DNA of 64,000 bases from Rickettsiales bacterium (GCA_018062985.1 JAGORE010000002.1:9571-73570), one strand, 5' to 3'. Shown: positions 10,333 to 21,024, counted from the stretch's first letter. A program made the numbers and translations. Notes: a model not told the origin generated them from the sequence alone.

Positions 10333-10503
10333 AGGTGGATAAGGTTATCATATGATTATGTGATAAATATTTCACTAGCTATGAATGAAAAGGCATTCTA
10401 AAGCTTTAAGACCGGAATTGTACTAAGAGATTAAATCTTATCGTTTTAATACATTCTAAACCCCATAATTGTTCTTGCACGTCTAGAAAAATCGAGATAT
10501 AGT

Positions 10504-11559
10504 CTGTTTTTATCTTATAAATTAACATTCAAAATATACCGAAATATCAAAAAAATATCTCAAACCTGGTTAGTTACTGGAGTCGCAGGTTTTATTGGTT
10601 CTAACATTGCTGAATTTTTACTTAACCACAATCAGAAAGTTATTGGATTAGATAATTTTGCTACAGGATCACGTATTAATGTATCAGATATCTATAATTC
10701 TACCCCACAAAATTTACATCAAAATTTTGATTTTATCGAGGGTGATATTCTTGACCAAGATTTAATCAATAGACTCGTAGAAAAGTCTGATCATATACTA
10801 CATTTGGCTGCACTTGGTAGTGTTCCCCGTTCAATCGCTAACCCGATTAGAACTAATAAAGTAAATATTGAAGGCTCTCTAAATATCTTTTGGGCCGCAA
10901 AACAGTACAAAAAGAAAGTAGTGTATGCATCTTCCAGCACTGTATATGGCGATACCAATATTATTCCTCAACAAGAATTAAATCTTGGTAATCAATTATC
11001 ACCCTACGCTGTTTCAAAATTAGCAATGGAAAAATACGCCCAGGTATGGAATCTTCGCTATGAGATTGATTTAATTGGCTTGAGATTGTTCAATGTCTTT
11101 GGCAGACGACAAAATCCTCGTGGCAAATATATTTGCGTCATTCCAAAATGGATTTGTGAAATTCATCGTAATATTCCAATAGAAATATACGGAGATGGTG
11201 AGACAATGCGTGATTTCTCATATATTGACAATGTTATTCAAGCATTTGTGCTTGCTGCTACTTCTAGTAACCAAGATTCATGGAATCAGGTCTATAATAT
11301 CGCTGTAGGGAAAAAGACCAATCTTAAACAACTTTTTTCATTATTGAAAAAAGAACTATTACCTTATTACGACATACAAACTTTAGAACCAATTTTTACT
11401 TCAACTAGAGCAGGTGATATGCGAACAACTCACGCTGACATTACTAACGCCAAAATCAAACTTGGATACAATCCAGAGTTTACCCTTGAAGATGCTCTAA
11501 AACCAACAGTTGAATGGTATGTAGATACATTAAAAACTAATCCAGGATTTTTTGATTAA
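10504..11559 (+). CDS. UDP-N-acetylglucosamine 4-epimerase-like SDR (WbpP/TviC/WbgU family); 5' end lacks a canonical start codon
   Basis: The frame is open from 10450. Translation of 10561 onward, QTWLVTGVAGFIGSNIAEFLLNHNQKVIGLDNFATGS...LHLAALGSVPRS...SPYAVSK...RLFNVFGRRQNPRG.Y..VIPKW...GDGETMRDFSYIDN...VYNIAVG, follows WbpP/WbgU closely. The track starts at TTG 10804, which would delete the Rossmann fold. There is no in-frame ATG/GTG/TTG between the stop at 10447-10449 and the GxxGxxG motif; CTG 10504, ATT and ATA are the only options. Confidence 0.7.
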   Translation: MFLSYKLTFKIYRNIKKISQTWLVTGVAGFIGSNIAEFLLNHNQKVIGLDNFATGSRINVSDIYNSTPQNLHQNFDFIEGDILDQDLINRLVEKSDHILHLAALGSVPRSIANPIRTNKVNIEGSLNIFWAAKQYKKKVVYASSSTVYGDTNIIPQQELNLGNQLSPYAVSKLAMEKYAQVWNLRYEIDLIGLRLFNVFGRRQNPRGKYICVIPKWICEIHRNIPIEIYGDGETMRDFSYIDNVIQAFVLAATSSNQDSWNQVYNIAVGKKTNLKQLFSLLKKELLPYYDIQTLEPIFTSTRAGDMRTTHADITNAKIKLGYNPEFTLEDALKPTVEWYVDTLKTNPGFFD

Positions 11560-11561
11560 TT

Positions 11562-12992
11562 ATGTTCCCAAATATTCGCAATAACAATACTCAGGTTTTA
11601 GCAATAATTTTTATTGTGTTTCTTATAAAATATCTGATCTCTTTGTATTTATTTAGCAGTAAATTTTCATTATCTGTTGATGAAGCTCAATATTGGTTCT
11701 GGTCACAAAATTTAGAGTGGGGATATTATTCTAAGCCACCTTTAATTGCTTTTTTCATTCGAATCTTTACTATTTTATTTGGTAACAGTGAAGTTGCATT
11801 AAAGATCATTCCTAATTTGTGCGTAGCGGTAACTTCCTGGTTTATTTTTAAACTAGCTACAGTAATAACTAATGCAAGAATTGGTACTATTAGCATAATT
11901 ATTTTCTCATTAATGCCAATTATATTATTTGGTTCTTTTTGTGTCACAACTGATACCTTACTGGTAATGTTTTGGAGTATAGCATTATACACTTTATATT
12001 TATCTTTGAAGACGAACAGTTTGTTCTATTGGTTTATCTTTGGATTAATATCTGCTCTTGGGTTATTAAGTAAATATGCTTTTATATTCTTTTATCCATG
12101 TTTATTTCTGTACCTATTTATTTTTAGAAGAGAGAGATTGAGACTAGATAGAGTTTTGTTAAGTTTATTAGTGACATTAATTATAATCGCTCCCAATATA
12201 TATTGGAATATGCAGCATCATTTTATTACTTTTGATCATGTTGCACGAGATAATATGTCTTTATTTAATAAAATGTATAATCCTACTGGGGTTGTAAAGT
12301 TTTTGATTGAACAAATTGGATGTCTTGGTTTAAACGTGATTATCTTGGGCTTTGCTTTCCACAAGAAAGTATACAAAGATAAAACACAACAATTTTTGCT
12401 ATGTTTTTCTTTGCCAATTTTTGTACTAATTTTTATACAAGCATTAATCAAGGGTGCTGATAGTAATTGGACTGCACCAGCATTTGTATCTTTATCAATT
12501 TATTTAGCAATAGTTGTTGATCGACTAAGTATAAAGAAAATATATCTTTGTTCATTGATGATAACTATAAGTATTATTGTGCTAATTATAGGATGGTTAT
12601 TTCTAGGGCTTTCTTCCGCTATGTTGCCATATAAAAGGATTGAGGGGTTTAGGCAACTTACTAATATCATAAGAGAGGATGTTTGTAACGATAAATCACA
12701 AGTATATCTTTTTAATGACAGAAGAACTGCGGCTCAAATTAGTTATTATTTAAGGAGTTGTTATAATAAAATTGAGTATTACGGTAAAAATACAGATATT
12801 AGAAATTATTATCAGATGAAGTATCCATTTAGCCAAAGAGAAAATTACTTATTTTTCTTAAACTCTCTCAGCAATAAAGATGGAGTAGTAGGTTATGATG
12901 AGACAAAAAATTTATCTTATTCTTACAAGATTCATCCGAAAAAGAATTTAGAGGTTAAAGTATTGCACTTAAAGAAGAGTAAAAATAAATGA
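11562..12992 (+). CDS. ArnT-like GT-C glycosyltransferase (PMT/COG1807 family), polytopic membrane protein
   Basis: 476 aa with more than 10 TM segments. First periplasmic loop motif SVDEAQYWFWSQNLEWGYYSKPPLIAFF is typical of undecaprenyl-phosphate-sugar-dependent GT-C enzymes. 4-nt overlap with the next gene. Confidence 0.75.
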   Translation: MFPNIRNNNTQVLAIIFIVFLIKYLISLYLFSSKFSLSVDEAQYWFWSQNLEWGYYSKPPLIAFFIRIFTILFGNSEVALKIIPNLCVAVTSWFIFKLATVITNARIGTISIIIFSLMPIILFGSFCVTTDTLLVMFWSIALYTLYLSLKTNSLFYWFIFGLISALGLLSKYAFIFFYPCLFLYLFIFRRERLRLDRVLLSLLVTLIIIAPNIYWNMQHHFITFDHVARDNMSLFNKMYNPTGVVKFLIEQIGCLGLNVIILGFAFHKKVYKDKTQQFLLCFSLPIFVLIFIQALIKGADSNWTAPAFVSLSIYLAIVVDRLSIKKIYLCSLMITISIIVLIIGWLFLGLSSAMLPYKRIEGFRQLTNIIREDVCNDKSQVYLFNDRRTAAQISYYLRSCYNKIEYYGKNTDIRNYYQMKYPFSQRENYLFFLNSLSNKDGVVGYDETKNLSYSYKIHPKKNLEVKVLHLKKSKNK

Positions 12993-13706
12993 CTGTTTTA
13001 TATTCAATTGTTATTCCAGTTTTTAATGAAGAAGGCAACATTGTAGAGTTGTTGCATGAGATTCAACGCACAATCGCTCCCTTCAAGACTTATGAAATAA
13101 TTTGCGTTGATGATCATAGTACTGATAGAACATTTGAACTATTAAATAAAACCAAAGATAAGATAGCTCATTTGCGTATTTTACAACATCAACATCGTAG
13201 TGGTCAAAGCACCGCACTAAGAACCGGGTTTTTGCATGCAAAAGGCAAAATAATTATTACTCTAGATGGGGACGGTCAAAATGACCCCAGCAACATTCCA
13301 GATTTGATTGTGCAATATAAACGGGAGCAATGTGCCATTAATCTGCGGTATACGGGCAAAACGAAATGATTCGATGATAAAAAGATTTTCCTCAAGATTT
13401 GCTAATACTGTGAGATCTGCAATTTTAAATGACAATATAACCGATACTGGGTGTGGTTTAAAATTATTTGAACGTGACTTAATTCTACGCATTCCATTTT
13501 TCAATCATTTTCATCGCTACATCCCGGCACTGGTCGCCAGAGAAGGATATAAATACGATACCGTCCTAATTAAACATCGTCAGCGCAAAGAAGGAACTTC
13601 AAAATACGGAACTATCGATAGATTATGTGCTGGAATTATTGACTTACTAGGAATGCTGTGGTTAAAATTACGTTTTCGTAACCCAGGTAAAATAATAGAA
13701 AAATAG
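12989..13706 (+). pseudogene. ArnC-like GT2 polyprenyl-phosphate glycosyltransferase, interrupted by a +1 frameshift near 13310-13335
   Basis: The two track ORFs (12989..13369 frame 2; 13308..13706 frame 0) are the N- and C-halves of one GT2. They read VIPVFNEE..., CVDDHSTD, TLDGDGQNDPSNIPDL, then (shift) LICGIRAKRNDSMIKRFSSRFAN...DTGCGLKLFER...HRYIPAL...HRQRKEGTSKYG. Deleting one A of the AAA at 13318-13320 restores VQYNGSNVPLICGIRAKRNDS. Confidence 0.8.
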
Positions 13707-13713
13707 GCACAGA

Positions 13714-14001
13714 ATGTACAAAGAAAATCTTTGGTTGATTATTGGATTATTAGGTCAGGCTTTATTTAGCATGCGTTTTATTATTCAATGGATTATCAGC
13801 GAAAAGAATAAAAAGAGCATAATTCCAATATCATTTTGGTTTTTTAGCATTTCTGGTGGGATAGTATTGCTCAGCTATGCTATTTATAAACAAGATCCGG
13901 TATTTATCGTTGGACAAGGCGTGGGGTTGATAATCTATGCACGCAATCTCTGGCTAATATACGTGGACAAAAGAAAAAAAATATTAGCCACAATTAAATA
14001 A
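13714..14001 (+). CDS. small membrane protein with lipid-A-biosynthesis N-terminal (LAB_N)-type domain
   Basis: 95 aa, 3 TM. GLLGQALFSMRFIIQWIISEK...SIIPISFWFFSISGGIVLLSYAIYKQDPVFIVGQ matches the LAB_N pattern as I recall it. This family commonly accompanies ArnT/ArnC-like pairs. Confidence 0.6.
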   Translation: MYKENLWLIIGLLGQALFSMRFIIQWIISEKNKKSIIPISFWFFSISGGIVLLSYAIYKQDPVFIVGQGVGLIIYARNLWLIYVDKRKKILATIK

Positions 14002-14025
14002 ATCAAATTATCTAAAGCACGCTAT

Positions 14026-14616
14026 TTATTTAGAAGCAATAATATTTTTGATGTTACTAATATGTCTGATGACGATTAGTATTGCTACAAAGCTTGTCAT
14101 TACCACCAATCTATCATCATAAGTAATAAAATAAGTAGCTATTGGAGTAAGCACAAAAGACACAAGCGCTGATACTGCAGAAATTCGTGTAGCTGCTAAA
14201 GTCAAAAGCCAAATTATACAACTTACAACGCCAACATGCCAATTTAAAACCACAATCACAGCAAGAGATGTCGCCACTCCTTTACCACCTTTAAAGCCTA
14301 ACCATACAGGAAAAACATGACCAATAATTGCCGCAACTCCAACATAAATTTGCAACAAATAATCATCACAAAAATACCATGAAAGGCAAATAGCCATCAC
14401 CCCTTTTAAAGCATCAAACATCAAAGTTAAGATCCCAAGAAGCTTACCTCCTGTCCTTAAAGCATTTGTAGCCCCGATATTCCCAGAACCACTTTTTCTT
14501 AAGTCACCATGTCCGAGTAATTTGGAAAAAATTAAACCAAAAGGAATAGAACCAAATAGATAACCACAAAGTACCAATATAGAAGATACGCCTTGAGAGC
14601 ATGCAAAATTAAACAT
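14026..14616 (-). CDS. plsY: glycerol-3-phosphate acyltransferase PlsY
   Basis: 196 aa polytopic protein. GSGNIGATNALRTGGK and FKGGKGVAT motifs. Confidence 0.9.
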   Translation of the reverse strand: MFNFACSQGVSSILVLCGYLFGSIPFGLIFSKLLGHGDLRKSGSGNIGATNALRTGGKLLGILTLMFDALKGVMAICLSWYFCDDYLLQIYVGVAAIIGHVFPVWLGFKGGKGVATSLAVIVVLNWHVGVVSCIIWLLTLAATRISAVSALVSFVLTPIATYFITYDDRLVVMTSFVAILIVIRHISNIKNIIASK

Positions 14617-14619
14617 GAT

Positions 14620-15273
14620 TTATATATTCTGCCCTGTTTTTTTCCAGTCATTCAAAAATTGCTCTAAACCTTTATCAGTTAGAGGATGGTGAATAAGCTG
14701 ATTTAATACCTTTTCAGGAACTGTACAGATATCAGCACCTATAAGTGCCGCTTGTTGTATATGCAAAGGATGTCTAACAGAAGCAACTATAATTTCAGTA
14801 TCAAAATCAGCATAGTTATCATATATCTGGACAATTTCTTCAATTAACACCATACCGTCTGTACCAAGATCATCAAGACGACCTAGAAACGGGGAAACAA
14901 ATGCTGCCCCAGCTTTTGCCGCAAGAATAGCTTGATTTGCAGAAAAGCATAACGTCATATTTACTTGCACACCATTACTAGATAAATATTTACAAGCTTT
15001 GATACCATCCCAAGTAAGCGGTAATTTAACCACAACATTTGAAGCAAAAGCACACACTTTCTCAGCCTCCTTCAACATACCATTATAGTCTGTTGCAACA
15101 ACTTCAACACTAATAGGGCCAGAAACAATTTTTGCAATATCTTTAATTACTACTTGTAACTCTCTTCCTGCTTTCGCAATCAACGAAGGATTGGTAGTTA
15201 CTCCATCAACCAAACCTTTTTCTGATAATTGCCTAATCTCTTCAACATTAGCTGTATCAACAAAAAACTTCAT
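14620..15273 (-). CDS. tal: transaldolase / fructose-6-phosphate aldolase family (short type 3B)
   Basis: [14 protein letters not shown]...GVTTNPSL...VVKLP (Schiff-base Lys)...SPFLGRLDD. Likely start is MKFF at 15273. Confidence 0.85.
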   Translation of the reverse strand: MKFFVDTANVEEIRQLSEKGLVDGVTTNPSLIAKAGRELQVVIKDIAKIVSGPISVEVVATDYNGMLKEAEKVCAFASNVVVKLPLTWDGIKACKYLSSNGVQVNMTLCFSANQAILAAKAGAAFVSPFLGRLDDLGTDGMVLIEEIVQIYDNYADFDTEIIVASVRHPLHIQQAALIGADICTVPEKVLNQLIHHPLTDKGLEQFLNDWKKTGQNI

Positions 15274-15286
15274 ACTATTCCTCATC

Positions 15287-18200
15287 CTATATTTGCAAGA
15301 TATGTTGAACCCACTTTGACGTAATTTTTTCCTGCAAAGAATTTTGTTTTAATCTATCACTTAAATGGGTGAAATCAACTTTATTCATGTCTTGATCCTG
15401 ATTTGTACAGCTATACACATAACTCTCAATCCCCGTCAAAGGATCTATATGTTTCTGTAAACACTGAGCACAAATCTCTTTCATCATGCATTGCATTGGT
15501 GAGTTTATACTAGCAACAGCATGAGTCTTTGCTAAAGCTTTTACAATACTTTTCCTCATTGCTTGCACTGCTCCCATCATTTTATCAGAGCCAATAACAA
15601 CCATTTTATCAATAGATTTTATATCAAACTTCTTATTTCCAATCTTACCACTTGCATAACTTTCTATTGCCTCAACGATATTACCTCTAAACGCATAGTC
15701 ACCCTCTCGTCTTGGTAATACATCAGAATTTTCACAACACCAAATTACTTGATCAGCGGCACTCTCAACATTATCCTGCATAAATAAATTTTTCTGATCT
15801 CTATATCCAGCAAAATATAAAACTTTACTACCTTTTGCCCTGAAAGCTTCACCTATAGAAAATAAAACCGCATTACCCAATCCGCCTCCAACAAGCATTA
15901 CGTTCTCATTAGCTGTTATTTCAGTTGGAGTACCTGTGGGACCCATTAACACCACTTCTTCCCCAGGAGATAAATATCTACATAAATTACTTGAACCGCC
16001 CATTTCTAATACTACCGTAGAAATCAGAGATTTTTCTTTATCTACCCAAGCACCTGTTAAAGCTAACCCTTCCATTGCCAATTTGAGCTTAGATTTCTGC
16101 TCCAAATTCTGTAAACGATAAAACTGACCTGGTTGAAAATTTTCAGCTGCCGAAGGCGAATGTATAATCACCTCTATGATCCCATCAGCTAACTGATTAA
16201 CTTGCTCTACTCTTGCCGAAAAATACTCCGCTATTCTATTTAATAAATTAGCATCTTTATTAACCTGAACAGAAGTAAGGCTCCGATCTATCACCTTATA
16301 ACCATCCTTAGCACTAGCCATCGCTTTAACAACACTACCTTTATATTGCGGATGCAAATCACCAAAAACTGTAATCCCCCTTCCCTGACTATCTCTATAA
16401 ATGGAGAAATTATCTTCAGGATGGCTAAATTTGAAATAACCATTCTGGCCAAGCTTGAATATTTCTGGATGCTCTTTAGATAACATGACATTTGGATGCG
16501 TACCAATTGCTACCAAAATTGTTCTGACATCTAACTGTACATCTCGACCATCGATATCTGCAAAGAGCGAGTTAACATATCCATGCTTATCAGTGCTAAT
16601 TTTCTTGGGCACAATATTTTCGATAATCTCTATTCCTTCTTGTAAAGCCAAAGTAAGCTCTTCATGATTCAAACGATAACTCGGAGATTCTTTTATAGGT
16701 CTGCGATAGAAAACTCTAACTCCACCCAAAGATTTAATAATAGGAGTGAAGTCTGGTTGACGACTGTCTATTGCAGCTAACTCTCTTTCTTTGATAAAAA
16801 TCTGAGCATGTTCAAAAAATTCAGAAGCTATTTCTTTATCTATATCAAACCAATTTTCTTCTACTAATTCTCTACCATACTGCGCACAAAGTGTTTTATA
16901 TCTTTGATACAGTTTTTCAACTTGTCTGACATAATAAGCTTTGGCCTCTGTAGCAGTATCGATGGCTGTTAATCCTCCTCCAATAACAACAATAGGCAAT
17001 CTCACTTGCAAATTAGCAATACTATTTTGTTGTGATGCTCCACTCAATTGCAATGACATCAAAAAATCAGAGGCAGCTTTTACGCCAAGCGCCACTGCAT
17101 TAGGAACATCTAAAATACTAGGTTTACCTGCGCCAATAGCTAAAGCGATATGATCAAAACCAAAATCAAAACTTTGTTTCCAATCTAAATTACTACCAAA
17201 CCTTATCCCACCAAATAGCTTAAAATTACTTCTTCTTTCAAGCAAGATTCTAATAATAGTTAAAAAGTTCTTATCCCAACGAACAGTAATGCCATACTCA
17301 GCAACACCACCAAAACCATATTGCTTTCTATCTTCAAGCTTTTCATAAATCGTGTTTATATCTTGTATAGGTATAAAATTGTTATCTACTAAACCTTGAG
17401 GCAATTTATCAATCTTTAAACCATCAATACCTGTTACATAATGACCTTGATTAAGTAAATAATGGGCCAATGTGAAACCAGCAGGTCCCATACCAACAAC
17501 CAGGACATTTTTACCTGTATTTTCTTTAGGATATGGAGTAACAACATTGATAGGATTCCAACGAGTTAATAAACTATAAATCTCAAAGCCCCATGGCAAT
17601 TCTAGGACATCTCGTAAAACTCTTGTTTCTATCTTAGGAATATTCACAGGCTCTTGCTTTTGATAGATGCAAGATTTCATGCAATCATTACATATTCTAT
17701 GACCTGTCGCAGCAAGCATTGGATTATCAACAATAGCAACGCTAAGTGCTGCAATAAATAGCCCTGAAGATTTTAATTCATTCATTTCAGAGATTTTCTG
17801 ATCCAAAGGACAACCTTTTAAAGGATCACCCAAAGGATTAGTTTTGATACTACCATCTTTGTCATGAAGCCCCTTTGAACAAGAATCTCTCTCTTGCTTA
17901 TGACAATATATACAGTAATTACTTTGATCTAAAGTTTCCGCAAGCTTCCCTCCATCATCTGTTAAATCAAAACCATCTCGATAATGCAATACTGAGTCTT
18001 GCAGTTTCAAAATCTCGACATCGCCAATATTTTCAGTTTGAAAATCAATTAGATGTTCATAATCTTTTTTCTTATGATAGTCAAAAATTAGCCAATCTTT
18101 TACAGACATTTCCTTTATAACAAGACAATTCCAAGCAATAAAGAGCTCTGCGCAATTTAGTTCTTTTTCAAACTTTTCGACATCTAAATACCAATCACCT

Positions 18201-18634
18201 ACAACTTTAACAAATAACTCCTCTGAAAAAACATCATCAACATAACCTATCAACTCTTTTTCTAACCCATCAATTTTGATGGAAGAAAAGTCATAGTTAC
18301 GAAATTTATTTAATATTTTTCTTTGAACAATATTACGTTTAAAATCATAGATTTTTCTGAAATTAGAGTATACATCTGAAGTCTTAGCCGCAATTTCAGA
18401 GATTTGAAAAAGTTCAATTACAAACCCTTCAACAGAATTAGAAACAAGCGAAATTAAATGAGAGTATTCTACTCTAGATATATTAGAATCTTTTCTACTT
18501 TTTACCAAACGATTAAAAGCAACTTCATCCTCTGATCGCAAATACGCTAAAAAAGCCTCATCAATTCTTCTTAAAGAACTTATATTATATAAATCCCTAA
18601 ATCGAAAACCAAAACCCAGAGCAGGATTATGCAT
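15287..18634 (-). CDS. 1115-aa iron-sulfur flavoprotein: unknown N-domain + GltD/NfnB-like NAD(P)H oxidoreductase module + PyrK/NfnA-like FAD/[2Fe-2S] module
   Basis: Cys clusters [12 protein letters not shown] / [14 protein letters not shown] / ICNDCMKSC. Dinucleotide folds [17 protein letters not shown] and [18 protein letters not shown]-terminal [24 protein letters not shown], and terminal C-X5-C-X2-C-X17-C ([11 protein letters not shown]...SC). Confidence 0.75.
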   Translation of the reverse strand: MHNPALGFGFRFRDLYNISSLRRIDEAFLAYLRSEDEVAFNRLVKSRKDSNISRVEYSHLISLVSNSVEGFVIELFQISEIAAKTSDVYSNFRKIYDFKRNIVQRKILNKFRNYDFSSIKIDGLEKELIGYVDDVFSEELFVKVVGDWYLDVEKFEKELNCAELFIAWNCLVIKEMSVKDWLIFDYHKKKDYEHLIDFQTENIGDVEILKLQDSVLHYRDGFDLTDDGGKLAETLDQSNYCIYCHKQERDSCSKGLHDKDGSIKTNPLGDPLKGCPLDQKISEMNELKSSGLFIAALSVAIVDNPMLAATGHRICNDCMKSCIYQKQEPVNIPKIETRVLRDVLELPWGFEIYSLLTRWNPINVVTPYPKENTGKNVLVVGMGPAGFTLAHYLLNQGHYVTGIDGLKIDKLPQGLVDNNFIPIQDINTIYEKLEDRKQYGFGGVAEYGITVRWDKNFLTIIRILLERRSNFKLFGGIRFGSNLDWKQSFDFGFDHIALAIGAGKPSILDVPNAVALGVKAASDFLMSLQLSGASQQNSIANLQVRLPIVVIGGGLTAIDTATEAKAYYVRQVEKLYQRYKTLCAQYGRELVEENWFDIDKEIASEFFEHAQIFIKERELAAIDSRQPDFTPIIKSLGGVRVFYRRPIKESPSYRLNHEELTLALQEGIEIIENIVPKKISTDKHGYVNSLFADIDGRDVQLDVRTILVAIGTHPNVMLSKEHPEIFKLGQNGYFKFSHPEDNFSIYRDSQGRGITVFGDLHPQYKGSVVKAMASAKDGYKVIDRSLTSVQVNKDANLLNRIAEYFSARVEQVNQLADGIIEVIIHSPSAAENFQPGQFYRLQNLEQKSKLKLAMEGLALTGAWVDKEKSLISTVVLEMGGSSNLCRYLSPGEEVVLMGPTGTPTEITANENVMLVGGGLGNAVLFSIGEAFRAKGSKVLYFAGYRDQKNLFMQDNVESAADQVIWCCENSDVLPRREGDYAFRGNIVEAIESYASGKIGNKKFDIKSIDKMVVIGSDKMMGAVQAMRKSIVKALAKTHAVASINSPMQCMMKEICAQCLQKHIDPLTGIESYVYSCTNQDQDMNKVDFTHLSDRLKQNSLQEKITSKWVQHILQI

Positions 18635-18658
18635 ATGTGTACAATCGTAATAAATTAA

Positions 18659-20005
18659 TTATAGAATAAATTTAGATAAGTCTGTGCGCTTAGCAATTTT
18701 CTCTAAATGTTCTTCTACATATTTTTTGTCTATAGTTATAGTTTTATTTTTCATTTCAGAAGCATTAAAACTAATTTCTTCTAGAAGCTTTTCCATTATT
18801 GTATGAAGCCTTCTTGCGCCTATATTCTCTATTTCTTTATTAATATTGATTGCAATATTAGCTATTTCTTCAACAGCTTGATTGGCAAACTTTAAATTGA
18901 TACCCTCTGTCCCCAATAAAGCTATATATTGCTTTAACAAACTATTTTCAGGTTCTTGTAGAATTCTAACCATCTCTTCTTTACCAAGATCTTTTAGCTC
19001 AACACGTATAGGTAATCTACCCTGTAGCTCTGGCAATAAATCAGATGGCTTAGACATATAAAACGCACCCGAAGCAATAAACAGAATATGATCTGTTTTT
19101 ATTGAGCCATATTTAGTAGACACAGTAGCCCCTTCTATTAGAGGTAACAAGTCGCGCTGTACGCCTTCACGACTTACGTCGCCACCTCTCTTGTTTTCGC
19201 TATTTGAGGCAATCTTATCAATCTCATCAAGAAAAACTATCCCTTCGTTCTCAACTAATTTTACTGCTTCAAAAACCAGCTTATCATTATCGATAAGTTT
19301 ATCTGCCTCTTCTTCTCTTAAAATTTCTAATGCATCACGCACAAGCATTTTTTTCTTTTTACGTTTTTCATCCCCGCCAAGAGCTTTACCTAGCATATCA
19401 CCTAAATTCACTATGCCCATCTGACTTCCTGGCATACCTGGGATATCAAACATTGGATTGTTGCTTTTGGTTTCTTTAACTTCTATTTCTATTTCTTTCT
19501 TATCGAGCTTGCCTTTTTGAAGCATTTCATAAAATTTCTCTTTTGTTTCTTTTGATGATTTCTCACCAACCAACGCAGCAATGACCCTATCTTCTGCTTT
19601 CTTTTTAGCTTTACTATATTGAGTCTTACGATTTTTATCTTTTAGCATGTTTATGGATACTTCTACTAGATCTCTAATAATAGAGTCTACGTCTCGTCCT
19701 ACATAACCAATTTCTGTAAACTTTGTTGCTTCTATTTTGATAAATGGAGCCCCTGAAAGTTTCGCTAGCCTTCTTGCAATCTCAGTTTTACCAACACCAG
19801 TAGGTCCAATCATTAAAATATTTTTTGGTACTATCTCATCACGCAAATCTCCCTCTACTGCCTTTCTGCGATATCTGTTGCGCAACGCTACCGCAACTGC
19901 TTTCTTAGCATCTTTTTGTCCAACAATAAATCTATCTAGTTCTTTTACGATTTCACTCGGAGTTAAAGAGTCTTTTAAGGTGATCAAATCTTCAGTCATA
20001 TTCAT
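18659..20005 (-). CDS. hslU: ATP-dependent protease ATPase subunit HslU
   Basis: [56 protein letters not shown]. Confidence 0.95.
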   Translation of the reverse strand: MNMTEDLITLKDSLTPSEIVKELDRFIVGQKDAKKAVAVALRNRYRRKAVEGDLRDEIVPKNILMIGPTGVGKTEIARRLAKLSGAPFIKIEATKFTEIGYVGRDVDSIIRDLVEVSINMLKDKNRKTQYSKAKKKAEDRVIAALVGEKSSKETKEKFYEMLQKGKLDKKEIEIEVKETKSNNPMFDIPGMPGSQMGIVNLGDMLGKALGGDEKRKKKKMLVRDALEILREEEADKLIDNDKLVFEAVKLVENEGIVFLDEIDKIASNSENKRGGDVSREGVQRDLLPLIEGATVSTKYGSIKTDHILFIASGAFYMSKPSDLLPELQGRLPIRVELKDLGKEEMVRILQEPENSLLKQYIALLGTEGINLKFANQAVEEIANIAININKEIENIGARRLHTIMEKLLEEISFNASEMKNKTITIDKKYVEEHLEKIAKRTDLSKFIL

Positions 20006-20007
20006 AC

Positions 20008-20541
20008 TTATATATCTAAGGTTTTTACGATAATGTTGTGATTAGAAAAAACACAAATGTCAGCAGCAATATTCATTGCTTTCATTGCTATTTCTTCTGC
20101 ATCACAACCTTTCTGATCTAATAAAGCTTTTGCAGCTGCTTTAGCATAGTTCCCCCCAGACCCTATAGCAGCAATTCCATCTTCAGGTTCTAGAACATCG
20201 CCATTACCTGTTAAAATCAACGAATGCTCTTTATCAACCACAATTAACATCGCTTCAAGTCTACGCAAATACTTGTCAGTCCGCCAGTCTTTAGCAAGCT
20301 CTACACAAGCACGAGCCAAATGAAAATCATATTTTTCTAGCTTTCCTTCCAATCTCTCATACAACGTTAAAGCATCAGCTGTTGAACCAGCAAAACCGGC
20401 GTACACTTTGCCATTGGCTATCGAACGAAGTTTATTAGCAGTTGATTTAAAGACTGTATTTCCTAATGAAACCTGACCATCCGCTGCAATTGCAACTTTA
20501 TTTCCTTTTCTTACAGATAAAATTGTTGTACCATGTAGCAT
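20008..20541 (-). CDS. hslV: ATP-dependent protease subunit HslV
   Basis: [27 protein letters not shown] (Thr2 nucleophile)...[11 protein letters not shown]. Directly upstream of hslU. Confidence 0.95.
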   Translation of the reverse strand: MLHGTTILSVRKGNKVAIAADGQVSLGNTVFKSTANKLRSIANGKVYAGFAGSTADALTLYERLEGKLEKYDFHLARACVELAKDWRTDKYLRRLEAMLIVVDKEHSLILTGNGDVLEPEDGIAAIGSGGNYAKAAAKALLDQKGCDAEEIAMKAMNIAADICVFSNHNIIVKTLDI

Positions 20542-20602
20542 GACAAGTTTTAGATAAATTATAATTTAAAGAAAACAATATAACTTTTTTACAACGTTTA
20601 CA

Positions 20603-20995
20603 ATGGATTTTTATACTATATACATCAAAAACAATCAAGAAAATATAGAACCTATCGCAATCAAAGAAGGGTTTAATTGGTACAGTTTGATTTTTAACTT
20701 ATTTTGGTCAATATACAAAAAAACATGGATACTAGCCACAACTTACCTTGTTATTCAAATCATTCTTATATTGCTTCAAGCTATTGGTTTAAATAACCTA
20801 CTTATAAAAACTTTAACTGTACTAATTTACGTATTAATAGCATTTCATGCAAATGACTTTTATAGATATAGCTTAGAACTAAAAGGCTACAAATTAGTAG
20901 ATGTCATCTTGGCAAAATCTTCAAGTCATGCAACTTATAACTTTCTAAAAAATCCCACTCAAACAACTTCAACTCTTGAATCTTCGAGAGCATAA
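20603..20995 (+). CDS. DUF2628-like small membrane protein
   Basis: 130 aa. IKEGFNWYSLIFNLFWSIYKKTW, two TM segments, then FHANDFYRYSLELKGYKLVDVILAKS, which resembles the alphaproteobacterial DUF2628 pattern. Confidence 0.55.
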   Translation: MDFYTIYIKNNQENIEPIAIKEGFNWYSLIFNLFWSIYKKTWILATTYLVIQIILILLQAIGLNNLLIKTLTVLIYVLIAFHANDFYRYSLELKGYKLVDVILAKSSSHATYNFLKNPTQTTSTLESSRA

Positions 20996-21024
20996 TGTAG
21001 TTATCTTTAAAGGGGGGTATTTTT

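Noticed and set aside
10345-10366. Imperfect palindrome TTATCATATGATTATGTGATAA just after the HlyD-family gene, considered as a dif (XerCD) site or a terminator.
   Set aside because: Only the outer 6 nt are truly inverted. It does not match the dif architecture (11-nt arms around a 6-nt core, ...CATAATGTATATTATG...) and has no following T-run. The evidence is too weak for either call.
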